Shown here: positions 27,466-36,002 of the stretch, in pieces
How the letters are laid out: each line of letters starts with the position of its first letter
Position numbering within the stretch: the first letter of the stretch is position 1
NCBI GenBank assembly: GCA_042088625.1
Contig: JBELLK010000007.1
Coordinates: 945-64,944, forward strand
Length of the DNA stretch: 64,000 nt
Direction of reading: 5' to 3'
Origin: Flavobacteriales bacterium
GTDB lineage: Bacteria; Bacteroidota; Bacteroidia; Flavobacteriales_D; Sanyastnellaceae
The notes under the pieces: model-generated
Database searches by the model: none
The model's input: only the letters and a program-made list of their open reading frames with translations
Told to the model about the DNA's origin: nothing
Position numbers and translations under genes: made by a program

Positions 27466-30400
27466 TCAGCGCATCTTCACCCAGTGATGTTGTGTTGTCG
27501 CTTCGCCATGGGTGATGTGAATGATGTACAATCCGGCATTCCAGTCTGATGCGTCCAACGTCCAGTTGTCCAAACCGCTCGGCGCGGCGTTGGAAAGCTG
27601 CTCCACCAATCGACCGTCAGCATTGTAGACGAGGATGTTCAGTGGTGTTGCTGGGGAGACACCTTGACCTTTCAAATTGATTTGGTCTTGGCCAGGGTTG
27701 GGGAACAGCTGGAAAATCACCTCTGCCATTTCCTTGACGTTTGACGTGTTGTCACTGTCACCTCCGTTGTCAGGCGTCTCACATTCCATGCCGATGCCTA
27801 TGATTCGCGTTTCGGAGCTGCCCTCTTCCAGCGACATGGTCCCTGCGGAACTGCCGTTGATAAATACCTCAGCAAACGCTCCATTCCAGCCGTCGCCATT
27901 GTTGTCGAGCATCTCCACGGTGTAGCAACCTGCGGGAACACATCCTTGAGAAGACCCCGTGTATCCATCCATTTCCATGAGCACCTCTCCATTGTCATTG
28001 GACACGTACAATCCCACTTCGTCCGGCATCAAGCCTCCATCAAGGATAAACAACACGTCCACGAGTCCGTCACAGAAATCGTCATAGATGCATGAACCGT
28101 CGTCCACCAAGGCGATGGGGTTAAAGTTCAAAGCGTTCGGGTCGGTGCAGCCGTAAAGGGTTCCGATGCCTTCACCGCAGCTTCCGTCGAGGCTGAACTG
28201 CAGTTCCCACGTGCCTTCGGATGCAGGCCACTCGGCGTACACCACATCCGCAAACGCAGTGCTGATGCCAAATGTTCCTTCATTCCAACCGAGGCTGTCA
28301 AGACCACTGCCTGTCAGGATTGCGGTGTAGCACGTGCTGACGTCCAAGCAGACCTCGTCGTAGAGGCCGTAGTAATTGGGCACATCTTGCTGGGAGTAAA
28401 CAACATTGCCAGCGTCATCGACAATGTCGAGTCCAAACGTCTCCGAAGCAGCGTAGAGGTACACGTACGCCTCGATGCCCGTTTCGCAGATGAACGGATA
28501 TTGACATGACCCGTCGTCGATGGTGGCCATCGCGTAGTAATTCAAGGCTTCTGGATCCGTGCACCCTGGAATGGTCACTTCGCAGTCTTCGGTGTTGATG
28601 CCAAGTGCAAACACCGCGTCGTACTGATCCGCAGGAACTTGGTAAGAGGTGACTTCGCCGTTGAGGGCCATGTCCACACTGCCAAATCCAGGCTCCCATC
28701 CGTAATCGTACAAGTAAAAGTTGTAACAACCATCGGCAAGGCATCCGTATGCGGTGGTTGAGACTTCGTTGTAGTCGTACACCAATTCCACGTATTGACC
28801 TAAGTCGGTGGTCAAATTCCAGTACAGTGAAACAAAAATGCCAAGTTCGTTCAGCGAATCACCGCCCATGGTTTGCAGCACGATTTCGGTTTCACCTTCG
28901 CCACAAACGGGGATGACCGCGCACGAGCCGTCGTCGTCGGTGGCGTCAGGGTTGTAGTTCAACGCCTCTGGGTTCGTGCATCCGTAAATCGGTTGGTCTG
29001 CGCAGTCACCATCCCAAACGATCCAGGCATTCCAGCATTCCGCCTCACACGCGTTGTTGAACGTCACATAGTCTCCTGTGAAATAATCATAGCCACACAC
29101 TGGGTCGTACACTTCAGGACATTCGCAAGGGTAGATGCAAGAACCATCTTCAGTGTTGGCGTCCTCGTTGTAGTTCATCGCCTCAGGGTCGGTGCATCCG
29201 TATACCGGAATCGTGACTTCGCAGCCCTCAGTGTTCACGCCAATGGCAAAGGCCGCTTCGAATTGGTTTTGGGCCACTTCGTAGGTGGTGGTTTCTTCTC
29301 CGATGGTCACATTCACGCTTGCCATGCCAGGCTCCCATCCGTAATCGTACAGGAAGAAGTTGTAGCATCCGTCGGCCAGACATCCATAAGCGGCCGCCAT
29401 TTCATATTGGCTGTAATCGTAAACCAAATCCACATGCACTCCGTTCTCATCAGTGAGGCTCCAGTACACGGAGTAGTAGAACCCGAGATCGGTCAGTGAA
29501 TCGTTGCCGTTCACCTCAATGGTCAACGCACTTTCGCCAGCCGCACATGTGGGAATGACCACGCAAGATCCGTCATCTTGGGTGGCTTCGGGGTTGTAGT
29601 TGATGGCTTCGTCGTTGGTGCAACCGTAAACGGGTTGATCGGCACAATCGCCGTACCATATAACATAGGACTGAGCGCAAGCTGCTTCGCATTCGTTGTT
29701 GAACGTGAGGTATTCCCCAGTGAAGTAGTTGTATGCGCACACGGGCTCATAGACGTCCTCGCAAAGACAGTCATACGAGCAAGAGCCGTCGTCGATAGTG
29801 GCATATGGGTCGTAGTTGAATGCATAAGGGTCTGTGCACCCTTCAGTCTCAACGACTTCAATGTCGCAACCAATGCCAAATGAAAGCGCTTGGTAGTTGC
29901 CCTCTTCCAGGGTAAAAGTGCCGAGCGAAACGCCCAATTCAGGAAGCGTTACGTCCAACACCGCACCATTCCAACCATCTCCAAAGCTGTCAAACATCTC
30001 GAGCACAAGACACTCTGCGTCGTCGTTTAGACAGAAGTACGAAGGGAAAGCTGCATAGTCACCCAGGCCTTCGCCAGTCAGTAGTGTGCCGTTGTCATCA
30101 GAGATGCTGAAGCTGACTTCACTGCCCCAAATGTCGGTTTGGAGTGTAACGAGGACTTGAGATTGATTGGTCTCACAATCGGGAATGACAACACAAGATC
30201 CGTCGTCGTTGGTGGCTTCAGGGTCAAAATTGGAAGCATCAGGGTCAGTGCAGCCGTAAACGGGTTGATCGGCGCAATCTCCGTCCCAAACGATGAAGGC
30301 CTGGGCGCATGTCGCCTCACATTCGTTGCTGAACGTCACGTATTCGCCAGTGAAGTAGTCGTAGCCGCAAACAGGAGCGTAGATCTCGGGACAAATGCAG

Positions 30401-30873
30401 TCGTAGGAACATGAGCCGTCATCGACAGATGCCGAGGGGTCGTAATTGAAGGCGTTGGGGTCCGTGCAACCCTCAATCAGCGTTCCGTCGTTTTCGCAAC
30501 CTTCACCAAACGTGAGGGCTTGGTAGCTGCCTTCAGCGAGGGTGAATGTGCCAAGGGGAATGCCCAATGCAGGCAATGACACATCTAAGACAGCGCCGTT
30601 CCAGCCATCGCCAAAACTGTCAATCATCTCCAACACGAGACAACCTGACACGTTGTCAAGGCAAAACGCCATTTCAAACGAAGTGTAGTCGGCCTCGCCT
30701 TGGCCTTCTGCAAGGATGCCGTTGTCGTCGGAAATGGTGAAGCTCACTTCATCGCCCCAAGAGCCGGTTTCCAGTATGGCGACGGCTTCCAGTTCGCAAG
30801 TTTGGGCTTGAATCAACGAAGCAAAGGCCCAAAAGCAAAGGGCAAGGGAGGTGCGGAACAGCGATGCATGCAT
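27466..30873 (-). CDS. Large modular secreted protein, T9SS cargo, with three Kazal-like domains and repeated unassigned modules
   Basis: 1135 aa. Signal peptide aa 1-23 (…FASLIQA). C-terminal sorting domain (VIFQLFPNPGQDQINL...GLYIIHITHGEATTQHHWVKMR). The internal repeat plan is described in the findings. Confidence 0.88.
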   Translation of the reverse strand: MHASLFRTSLALCFWAFASLIQAQTCELEAVAILETGSWGDEVSFTISDDNGILAEGQGEADYTSFEMAFCLDNVSGCLVLEMIDSFGDGWNGAVLDVSLPALGIPLGTFTLAEGSYQALTFGEGCENDGTLIEGCTDPNAFNYDPSASVDDGSCSYDCICPEIYAPVCGYDYFTGEYVTFSNECEATCAQAFIVWDGDCADQPVYGCTDPDASNFDPEATNDDGSCVVIPDCETNQSQVLVTLQTDIWGSEVSFSISDDNGTLLTGEGLGDYAAFPSYFCLNDDAECLVLEMFDSFGDGWNGAVLDVTLPELGVSLGTFTLEEGNYQALSFGIGCDIEVVETEGCTDPYAFNYDPYATIDDGSCSYDCLCEDVYEPVCAYNYFTGEYLTFNNECEAACAQSYVIWYGDCADQPVYGCTNDEAINYNPEATQDDGSCVVIPTCAAGESALTIEVNGNDSLTDLGFYYSVYWSLTDENGVHVDLVYDYSQYEMAAAYGCLADGCYNFFLYDYGWEPGMASVNVTIGEETTTYEVAQNQFEAAFAIGVNTEGCEVTIPVYGCTDPEAMNYNEDANTEDGSCIYPCECPEVYDPVCGYDYFTGDYVTFNNACEAECWNAWIVWDGDCADQPIYGCTNPEALNYNPDATDDDGSCAVIPVCGEGETEIVLQTMGGDSLNELGIFVSLYWNLTTDLGQYVELVYDYNEVSTTAYGCLADGCYNFYLYDYGWEPGFGSVDMALNGEVTSYQVPADQYDAVFALGINTEDCEVTIPGCTDPEALNYYAMATIDDGSCQYPFICETGIEAYVYLYAASETFGLDIVDDAGNVVYSQQDVPNYYGLYDEVCLDVSTCYTAILTGSGLDSLGWNEGTFGISTAFADVVYAEWPASEGTWELQFSLDGSCGEGIGTLYGCTDPNALNFNPIALVDDGSCIYDDFCDGLVDVLFILDGGLMPDEVGLYVSNDNGEVLMEMDGYTGSSQGCVPAGCYTVEMLDNNGDGWNGAFAEVFINGSSAGTMSLEEGSSETRIIGIGMECETPDNGGDSDNTSNVKEMAEVIFQLFPNPGQDQINLKGQGVSPATPLNILVYNADGRLVEQLSNAAPSGLDNWTLDASDWNAGLYIIHITHGEATTQHHWVKMR
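27469..27726 (-). other. Segment encoding the T9SS C-terminal sorting domain (aa ~1050-1135)
   Basis: FPNP... start, the 'LVYNADGRLV' strand and the final GLYIIHI...VKMR pattern typical of type-A T9SS CTDs. Confidence 0.75.
29002..29127 (-). other. Kazal-like domain 3 (aa 583-624)
   Basis: CECPEVYDPVCGYDYFTGDYVTFNNACEAECWNAWIVWDGDC. Confidence 0.6.
29644..29769 (-). other. Kazal-like domain 2 (aa 369-410)
   Basis: CLCEDVYEPVCAYNYFTGEYLTFNNECEAACAQSYVIWYGDC. Confidence 0.6.
30274..30399 (-). other. Kazal-like domain 1 (aa 159-200)
   Basis: CICPEIYAPVCGYDYFTGEYVTFSNECEATCAQAFIVWDGDC: six Cys, C-x7-C with Y and P-x-C as in Kazal reactive loops, and an N-x-C motif. Confidence 0.6.
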
Positions 30874-30948
30874 GATGATGCGATGAAGTTTCAGGTTTCT
30901 TTTCGTGAAATTAGAACAGGGCAGGACCCGAAAGGTTGCATGGGGTCG

Positions 30949-32823
30949 TCAGGCGCGCTCAGACAGTTCAAGCCAGCGCATTTCTGCATCCTCAAGGTCT
31001 TGGGTGATGCGGCCGAGGGCCTCTCCGAGGGATTGCATTTGGACGTGGTCCGTCTCGTTCAACAAGGCTGCTTGCAACTCATCGCGTTTGGCTTCGAGTT
31101 GGGGAAGTGACGATTCAAGCGTTTCGAATTCAAGCCGCTCTTTGTAGCTCAATCTCGTCGTGTAATCGCCTTTGATGGCCACATCCTTTGTGGACGTTGC
31201 CGCTTGCTTTGCAGCCGTTTGAGCAGCCTGCTTGCGCTGCATCTCTTCTGTGCGCAAGGCACGATACTGAGAGTAATTCCCTGGGTAGTCGCGCACTGAG
31301 GTTTGGCCGTCTTCACCAAGGACCCAAACGTGGTCCACAAGCTTGTCCATGAAATACCGGTCATGGGACACCACGACAAGGCAGCCCGAGAAGTCCATCA
31401 AGAACTCTTCAAGCACGGCAAGCGTGAAGATGTCCAAGTCGTTCGTGGGCTCGTCCAACACGAGGAAGTTGGGGTTGCGCATCAAAATGCGCAGCAAATG
31501 AAGTCGCTTCCGTTCGCCTCCGCTCAGCAAGCGGATGAATTGGTGGTGCATGGCGTGTGGAAACAAAAAGCGTTCGAGCAATTGGGCGGCTGTGAGCTTG
31601 GCGCCTCCTTTCAAAGGGATCCAATCGGCGATGTCGCGTACGGCATCGATGACCTTCCAGTCCTCGTTGAAAGTTCCGCCTTCCTGGGCGTAATGGCCAA
31701 ACACCACAGTTTCGCCAACCACCACCTTGCCGGCATCAGGTTCTTGGGTTCCGAGAATGAGGTGGAGCAGGGAGGACTTGCCCGTGCCGTTGCGTCCGAC
31801 AAGCCCGATGCGTTCGCCCCGTTTGAAATGGTGGGTCAACCCTTCGATCAGCAGGCGGTCGCCGTAGGCACGCTTGACTTTGTGCAGTTCGACAATTTTG
31901 CTACCAAGTCGTTCTGGAATGACCGTGAGGTGAAGGGGGTCCTCTTGGATGCGTTTGGCGGCTTCTGCTTTCAGGTCTTGGAATCGGTCGAGTCGGCTTT
32001 TGCTTTTGGTGGTGCGCGCCGACGGGGTGGCCCGCACCCACTCAAGCTCCCGCTTCATGTGACGTTGCGCCCGCTCTTGCACGGCCTGCGCGTTGGCACG
32101 GCGCTCGCCTCGCTTTTCGAGGAAATAGCTGAAATTGCCGTGGTAGCTGTGCAGGGTTTGGTCTTCCAGTTCGATGATGCGGTCACACACGTGTTCCAGG
32201 AAGTAGCGGTCGTGGGTCACCATGAGCAAGGTGGTGCCCATCGAGGCTAAACGTTGCTCCAACCACGCGATCATGTCCAGGTCGAGGTGGTTGGTGGGCT
32301 CGTCCAGCACAAGAAATTCAGGCGCCTCGAGCAACACTTGCGCCAGCGCGACCCGTCGTTTCTCACCTCCACTCAAGCTCGAAACCTTTCGTTCCAAATC
32401 GTGCAGGTTCAGTTTCCCCAAAATCTCGCGCGCCCGAGCCTCAAAATTCCAGCCCTCGTGGGCATCCATGGCGTCGTACGCTTTTTGCAATGCGTCGCCT
32501 TCCAATCCGAGGGCCAACGCACGCTCGTATTCACGCATGGCAACCACCGCAGGACTGTCGCCTATATATAAGGTATCCAAAATGGAAGCGCCAGGGGTGA
32601 GGTCGAGTTCTTGGCGCAGGTGTCCATGTCTCACGCCGCTGGAGAATACCACCCGACCATGGTCGACGGGCTCTTGTCCGCAAATGCACCTGAGCAGCGT
32701 CGACTTGCCCGATCCGTTGCGCGCGACCAGCGCCACTCGTTCACCTTCCTGCAACCCAAATGTCAATTCAGAGAAGAGCATTCGCTCTCCATACGTCTTG
32801 GTCAGCCCCTCCACAGACAACAT
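30949..32823 (-). CDS. ABC-F family ATPase (two ABC cassettes, no TM domain)
   Basis: Walker A twice (ARNGSGKST, GRNGTGKSS) and signature twice (LSGGEKRRVALAQ, LSGGERKRLHLLR), with a coiled-coil C-terminal tail. ATG 32823 preferred over 32841. Confidence 0.88.
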   Translation of the reverse strand: MLSVEGLTKTYGERMLFSELTFGLQEGERVALVARNGSGKSTLLRCICGQEPVDHGRVVFSSGVRHGHLRQELDLTPGASILDTLYIGDSPAVVAMREYERALALGLEGDALQKAYDAMDAHEGWNFEARAREILGKLNLHDLERKVSSLSGGEKRRVALAQVLLEAPEFLVLDEPTNHLDLDMIAWLEQRLASMGTTLLMVTHDRYFLEHVCDRIIELEDQTLHSYHGNFSYFLEKRGERRANAQAVQERAQRHMKRELEWVRATPSARTTKSKSRLDRFQDLKAEAAKRIQEDPLHLTVIPERLGSKIVELHKVKRAYGDRLLIEGLTHHFKRGERIGLVGRNGTGKSSLLHLILGTQEPDAGKVVVGETVVFGHYAQEGGTFNEDWKVIDAVRDIADWIPLKGGAKLTAAQLLERFLFPHAMHHQFIRLLSGGERKRLHLLRILMRNPNFLVLDEPTNDLDIFTLAVLEEFLMDFSGCLVVVSHDRYFMDKLVDHVWVLGEDGQTSVRDYPGNYSQYRALRTEEMQRKQAAQTAAKQAATSTKDVAIKGDYTTRLSYKERLEFETLESSLPQLEAKRDELQAALLNETDHVQMQSLGEALGRITQDLEDAEMRWLELSERA

Positions 32824-33025
32824 GTTCCGCCTTTCACCCATGCGTTAAAAGTACGATGGCCTGGCGCACGGGGATTGCCATGACCACGGAAATGCTTGTC
32901 ATTGCTGAGGTTAAGGCGTTCGATTTGCAGTTTTTCACAATGGGGTGTTCCTATTAAACAAATGGGTTTTTAGGAAGGAGCCACGAAAGGTTCTTCCTTT
33001 GGGGTGTTCATTTAAAACTATACAA

Positions 33026-33667
33026 ATGAAAAATTTCTTTATCGCAGCCATCTCGATGGCAATGGTTTCTTCAGCATTTGCTCAGAACCAACCCCAAGGC
33101 ACGTGGTACCTCGGCACTGCCGACGCTACTGACGTTGTCAACATCTTCTCGGATGGTGTCAGCATGTCACCAACCATTGGCTACGCTGTGGCCGACAACT
33201 TTGTGGTATCCCTGTCATTGAACACCTCTCGCATGGAGGATGTCTTCAGTGGCACCGCAGAAGAAATCACTTTGGTTCCTACTCCAACCATCGAAGGTGA
33301 TTCAATTGTGATCGTGGATGTTCCACAAATCACAACGACAGCTTACACTGAGACCACGACTTACACTGAGTCTGCTCTCGAACTCGGTGTGGCTTACTTC
33401 TTCGACGACAACTACTTCGTAGGTGTTGGTTTGAACTCGGTCTCTATGAGCAATGAGTTCTCTAGCACACTTGATGCAGAGCTCGACAGCGAAGATGACA
33501 ACTCCGCTCTTGGTTTGTCTTTGTCACTCGGTAAGTTCATTCCTGTTCGCGAGAACTGGTACCTCACGCCAAACGTGAACTACAGCACTTACGGTTCAGA
33601 CGATGACATCAACGAAATCACCCAGAGTGGTTTGTCATTCAACATCGGCTTCGGTGCTCGCTTCTAA
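33026..33667 (+). CDS. Small outer-membrane beta-barrel protein (porin-family-like), probably highly expressed
   Basis: Start at ATG 33026 (MKNFFIAAISMAMVSSAFAQ, a signal peptide). Alternating beta-strand pattern with a C-terminal ...SFNIGFGARF (terminal Phe). T-ending codons are preferred and GC is lower than in neighbours. A strong terminator follows. Confidence 0.65.
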   Translation: MKNFFIAAISMAMVSSAFAQNQPQGTWYLGTADATDVVNIFSDGVSMSPTIGYAVADNFVVSLSLNTSRMEDVFSGTAEEITLVPTPTIEGDSIVIVDVPQITTTAYTETTTYTESALELGVAYFFDDNYFVGVGLNSVSMSNEFSSTLDAELDSEDDNSALGLSLSLGKFIPVRENWYLTPNVNYSTYGSDDDINEITQSGLSFNIGFGARF

Positions 33668-33690
33668 TTGAAGCTTAGAAACTGAATTTG

Positions 33691-33717
33691 AAAGGGGGCT
33701 TCGGCCCCCTTTTTTTG
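33691..33717 (+). terminator. Rho-independent terminator after the OMP gene
   Basis: GGGGGC (33694-99), TTCG loop, GCCCCC (33704-09), then a T7 run (33710-16). Confidence 0.8.
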
Positions 33718-33721
33718 TGCC

Positions 33722-33729
33722 TAATTTTG
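33722..33729 (+). promoter_or_regulatory. -7 promoter box TAATTTTG, 16 nt before ATG 33746
   Basis: Exact TAnnTTTG match just after the terminator. Confidence 0.4.
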
Positions 33730-33745
33730 AAGCATTCCTTGCAAG

Positions 33746-34207
33746 ATGTGGAAAGCGAAACCTTGGAAAGAGCTCACCAGAGATGAGTGGCACGGACTCG
33801 TTCGGCTGAGGGTGGACGTGTTTGTGGTTGAGCAAGACTGTCCGTACAGCGACCTTGATGGCAAGGACCTCAGGGCTTGGCATGTGTGGAAGGAAGGTGA
33901 GGATGTTGCCAAAGGCGCAGCAATGTTGGCCTGCGCCAGGGTGCTTGGCCCAGGCGTGAGTTACGCAGAACCGAGCATCGGGCGGGTGGCGACACATCGA
34001 GATCGCAGGAGTGAAGGCCTCGGCAAAGAACTCATGAAGCGTAGCATTGAGGTCTGCGAACGTGCGTGGCCCGGACAAGACATTCGGATCTCAGCGCAGT
34101 GTTATTTGGAGGCGTGGTACGGAGAATTGGGCTTTGCGTCCTTCGGGAAGCCCTACCTCGAGGATGGCATTCCGCACATCCAAATGCTTCGATCAGCCCG
34201 CGCTTGA
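33746..34207 (+). CDS. elaA: GNAT N-acetyltransferase, ElaA-like
   Basis: 153 aa with WKELTRDEWHGLVRLRVDVFVVEQDCPYSDLDGKD and RVATHRDRRSEGLGKELM. Confidence 0.78.
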   Translation: MWKAKPWKELTRDEWHGLVRLRVDVFVVEQDCPYSDLDGKDLRAWHVWKEGEDVAKGAAMLACARVLGPGVSYAEPSIGRVATHRDRRSEGLGKELMKRSIEVCERAWPGQDIRISAQCYLEAWYGELGFASFGKPYLEDGIPHIQMLRSARA

Positions 34208-35899
34208 AGCGTCCGTGGTGGCTTGGTCGACGCCCGTTTGGGCACCCTCGTGTTGAACGGCAGCCTTCACAAAGGAGACGAACAGGGGGTGCGGGGCGAG
34301 CACCGTTGAGGCGTATTCTGGGTGGAATTGTGACGCCACGAAATACGGGTGGCTCGGGATTTCCACGATTTCAACCAGGTTGGTGTCGGGATTTGTGCCA
34401 GTGGCGACCATGCCTGAAGCTTCGAATTGCGCGAGGTACGCGTTGTTGAATTCGTAGCGGTGGCGGTGACGCTCGTTGACTTCTGAGGCGTTTCCGTACG
34501 CGCGTTCAGCTTGAGAATCGACCTTGAGTGCGCAGGGGTATTCCCCGAGACGCATGGTGCCTCCCATGTTCGTGATGCTCTTTTGTTCTCCCATCAAATC
34601 AATGACGGGATGGGGGGTGTACTCCTTGATTTCCGTGGAGTGAGCGTCCTCAAGCCCCAATGCGTTTCGTGCAAATTCAACCACGGCACATTGCATGCCA
34701 AGGCAAATCCCAAAGAAGGGGATGCTGTTCTCCCGCGCATGCTTGATGGCCAGCAGTTTGCCATCAATGCCTCGTGACCCAAAGCCGGGCGCGACAAGGA
34801 TGCCATGCAACCCTCTAAGACGGGCTTCGACATTGTCAGGCGTGAGCTGTTCGCTGTGGATCCAGTCGACCACGACTTCCGTCTCCAAGAGGGCCCCTGC
34901 GTGGTCCAAAGCTTCCGCAATGCTTTTGTAGCTGTCCTTCAGCTCGACGTACTTGCCCACAAGACCAATGCGGACGTGTCCCTGTGGATTCTTGTAGCGT
35001 CGCAAGAAATCTTTCCAGGCGTCGAGGTTGGCTTCGGTGTCTCCACCATCCATGCCGAGCTTTTTGAGCACCACCTCGTCGAAACGTTCGTCCTGCATCA
35101 ACAACGGGACGTCGTAAATGGTGTCGGCGTCAATGCTTTCAATGACCGCGTCAAGCGCCACGTTGCAGAATCGGGCCAGTTTGGTGCGGACATTGCCGGG
35201 CAAAGGATGCTCCGTGCGGCACACCAACACATCAGGCTGCACCCCAAACTCCAGGAGTTGCTTGACCGAGTGCTGTGTGGGTTTGGTCTTCAGTTCTCCC
35301 GCAGCGGACAAGTAGGGCACCAGGGTGAGGTGCACCACCAATGTGTCTTCCGGGGATTCCCACTTCATCTGCCTCACCGCCTCGATGTAGGGAAGCGATT
35401 CAATGTCGCCGACGGTCCCGCCGATTTCCGTGATGACAAAGTCATAGTCGTTTTTGGAGCCAAGGATTTGGACGCAGCGCTTGATTTCATCCGTGATGTG
35501 CGGGATGATTTGAACGGTTTTGCCCAGGTATTCACCACGACGCTCTTTGTCGATGACACTTTGGTAGATGCGCCCGGTGGTGATGTTGTTGGCCTGGGTG
35601 GTTTGGACGTTCAAGAAGCGTTCGTAGTGTCCCAAGTCCAAATCCGTCTCTGCGCCATCGACCGTCACGTAACATTCTCCGTGTTCGTAGGGATTCAGGG
35701 TCCCGGGGTCGACGTTGATGTACGGATCGAGCTTTTGAATGGTCACCCGGTAACCTCGGGCCTGAAGAAGCTTGGCCAAGGAGGCGCTGACGATGCCTTT
35801 TCCGAGGCTGCTGCTCACCCCGCCAGTGACAAAAATGTAGCGGCTGTTGCGGCCGCTTGAAAGGCCGTCTGTGGGGGAAGAAGAAGGTGAAAGAGGCAT
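34193..35899 (-). CDS. pyrG: CTP synthase
   Basis: 568 aa with YIFVTGGVSSSLGKG, DPYINVDPGT and the glutaminase site FGICLGMQ. It has a ~20-aa Ser/Pro-rich N-terminal extension. Confidence 0.97.
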   Translation of the reverse strand: MPLSPSSSPTDGLSSGRNSRYIFVTGGVSSSLGKGIVSASLAKLLQARGYRVTIQKLDPYINVDPGTLNPYEHGECYVTVDGAETDLDLGHYERFLNVQTTQANNITTGRIYQSVIDKERRGEYLGKTVQIIPHITDEIKRCVQILGSKNDYDFVITEIGGTVGDIESLPYIEAVRQMKWESPEDTLVVHLTLVPYLSAAGELKTKPTQHSVKQLLEFGVQPDVLVCRTEHPLPGNVRTKLARFCNVALDAVIESIDADTIYDVPLLMQDERFDEVVLKKLGMDGGDTEANLDAWKDFLRRYKNPQGHVRIGLVGKYVELKDSYKSIAEALDHAGALLETEVVVDWIHSEQLTPDNVEARLRGLHGILVAPGFGSRGIDGKLLAIKHARENSIPFFGICLGMQCAVVEFARNALGLEDAHSTEIKEYTPHPVIDLMGEQKSITNMGGTMRLGEYPCALKVDSQAERAYGNASEVNERHRHRYEFNNAYLAQFEASGMVATGTNPDTNLVEIVEIPSHPYFVASQFHPEYASTVLAPHPLFVSFVKAAVQHEGAQTGVDQATTDASSAG

Positions 35900-35918
35900 G
35901 TCCCGTGGTTACGGGATT

Positions 35919-35926
35919 CAAAGGTA
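35919..35926 (-). promoter_or_regulatory. -7 promoter box TACCTTTG (minus strand), 19 nt before the pyrG ATG
   Basis: Plus-strand CAAAGGTA at 35919-35926. Confidence 0.4.
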
Positions 35927-36002
35927 GGCCATCGGGACCTTTTGGGACGTGTGTTGGGCCAGCTTCGGGGCTTGAGTTGTTCACGCGGCGTTCACAACCG
36001 CC

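Larger units (their letters stand above)
28909..30801 (-). repeat. Three diverged tandem coding super-repeats (30181..30801, 29551..30180, 28909..29550), each module-linker-Kazal-linker
   Basis: Protein units aa 25-231, 232-441 and 442-655 align block by block. By eye the DNA copies are clearly related but well diverged, so these are old duplications. Confidence 0.8.

Noticed and set aside
28500-30800. Regularly spaced repeats that might suggest a CRISPR or other non-coding repeat array.
   Set aside because: The repeats are in frame within one long ORF. The units are 60-640 bp with diverged sequence and conserved Cys/Gly/Asp positions, so they are protein-domain repeats. No cas genes are present.
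32972-32980. Shine-Dalgarno-like AGGAAGGAG upstream of the OMP gene.
   Set aside because: It lies about 46 nt from the ATG at 33026, and Bacteroidota generally do not use SD pairing. It is more plausibly one arm of a leader hairpin.
34805-35860. 351-aa plus-strand ORF. Similar long antisense ORFs occur at 458..1360, 19714..20727, 31303..32250, 37793..38614, 47280..48308, 49508..50425, 55436..56515 and 61080..62093.
   Set aside because: Each lies fully antisense to a gene with textbook motifs: pyrG, the asparaginase, the alpha-oxoamine synthase, ABC-F, the DtxR-family regulator/ZIP pair, the SSS transporter, GT2, the exonuclease and M16.
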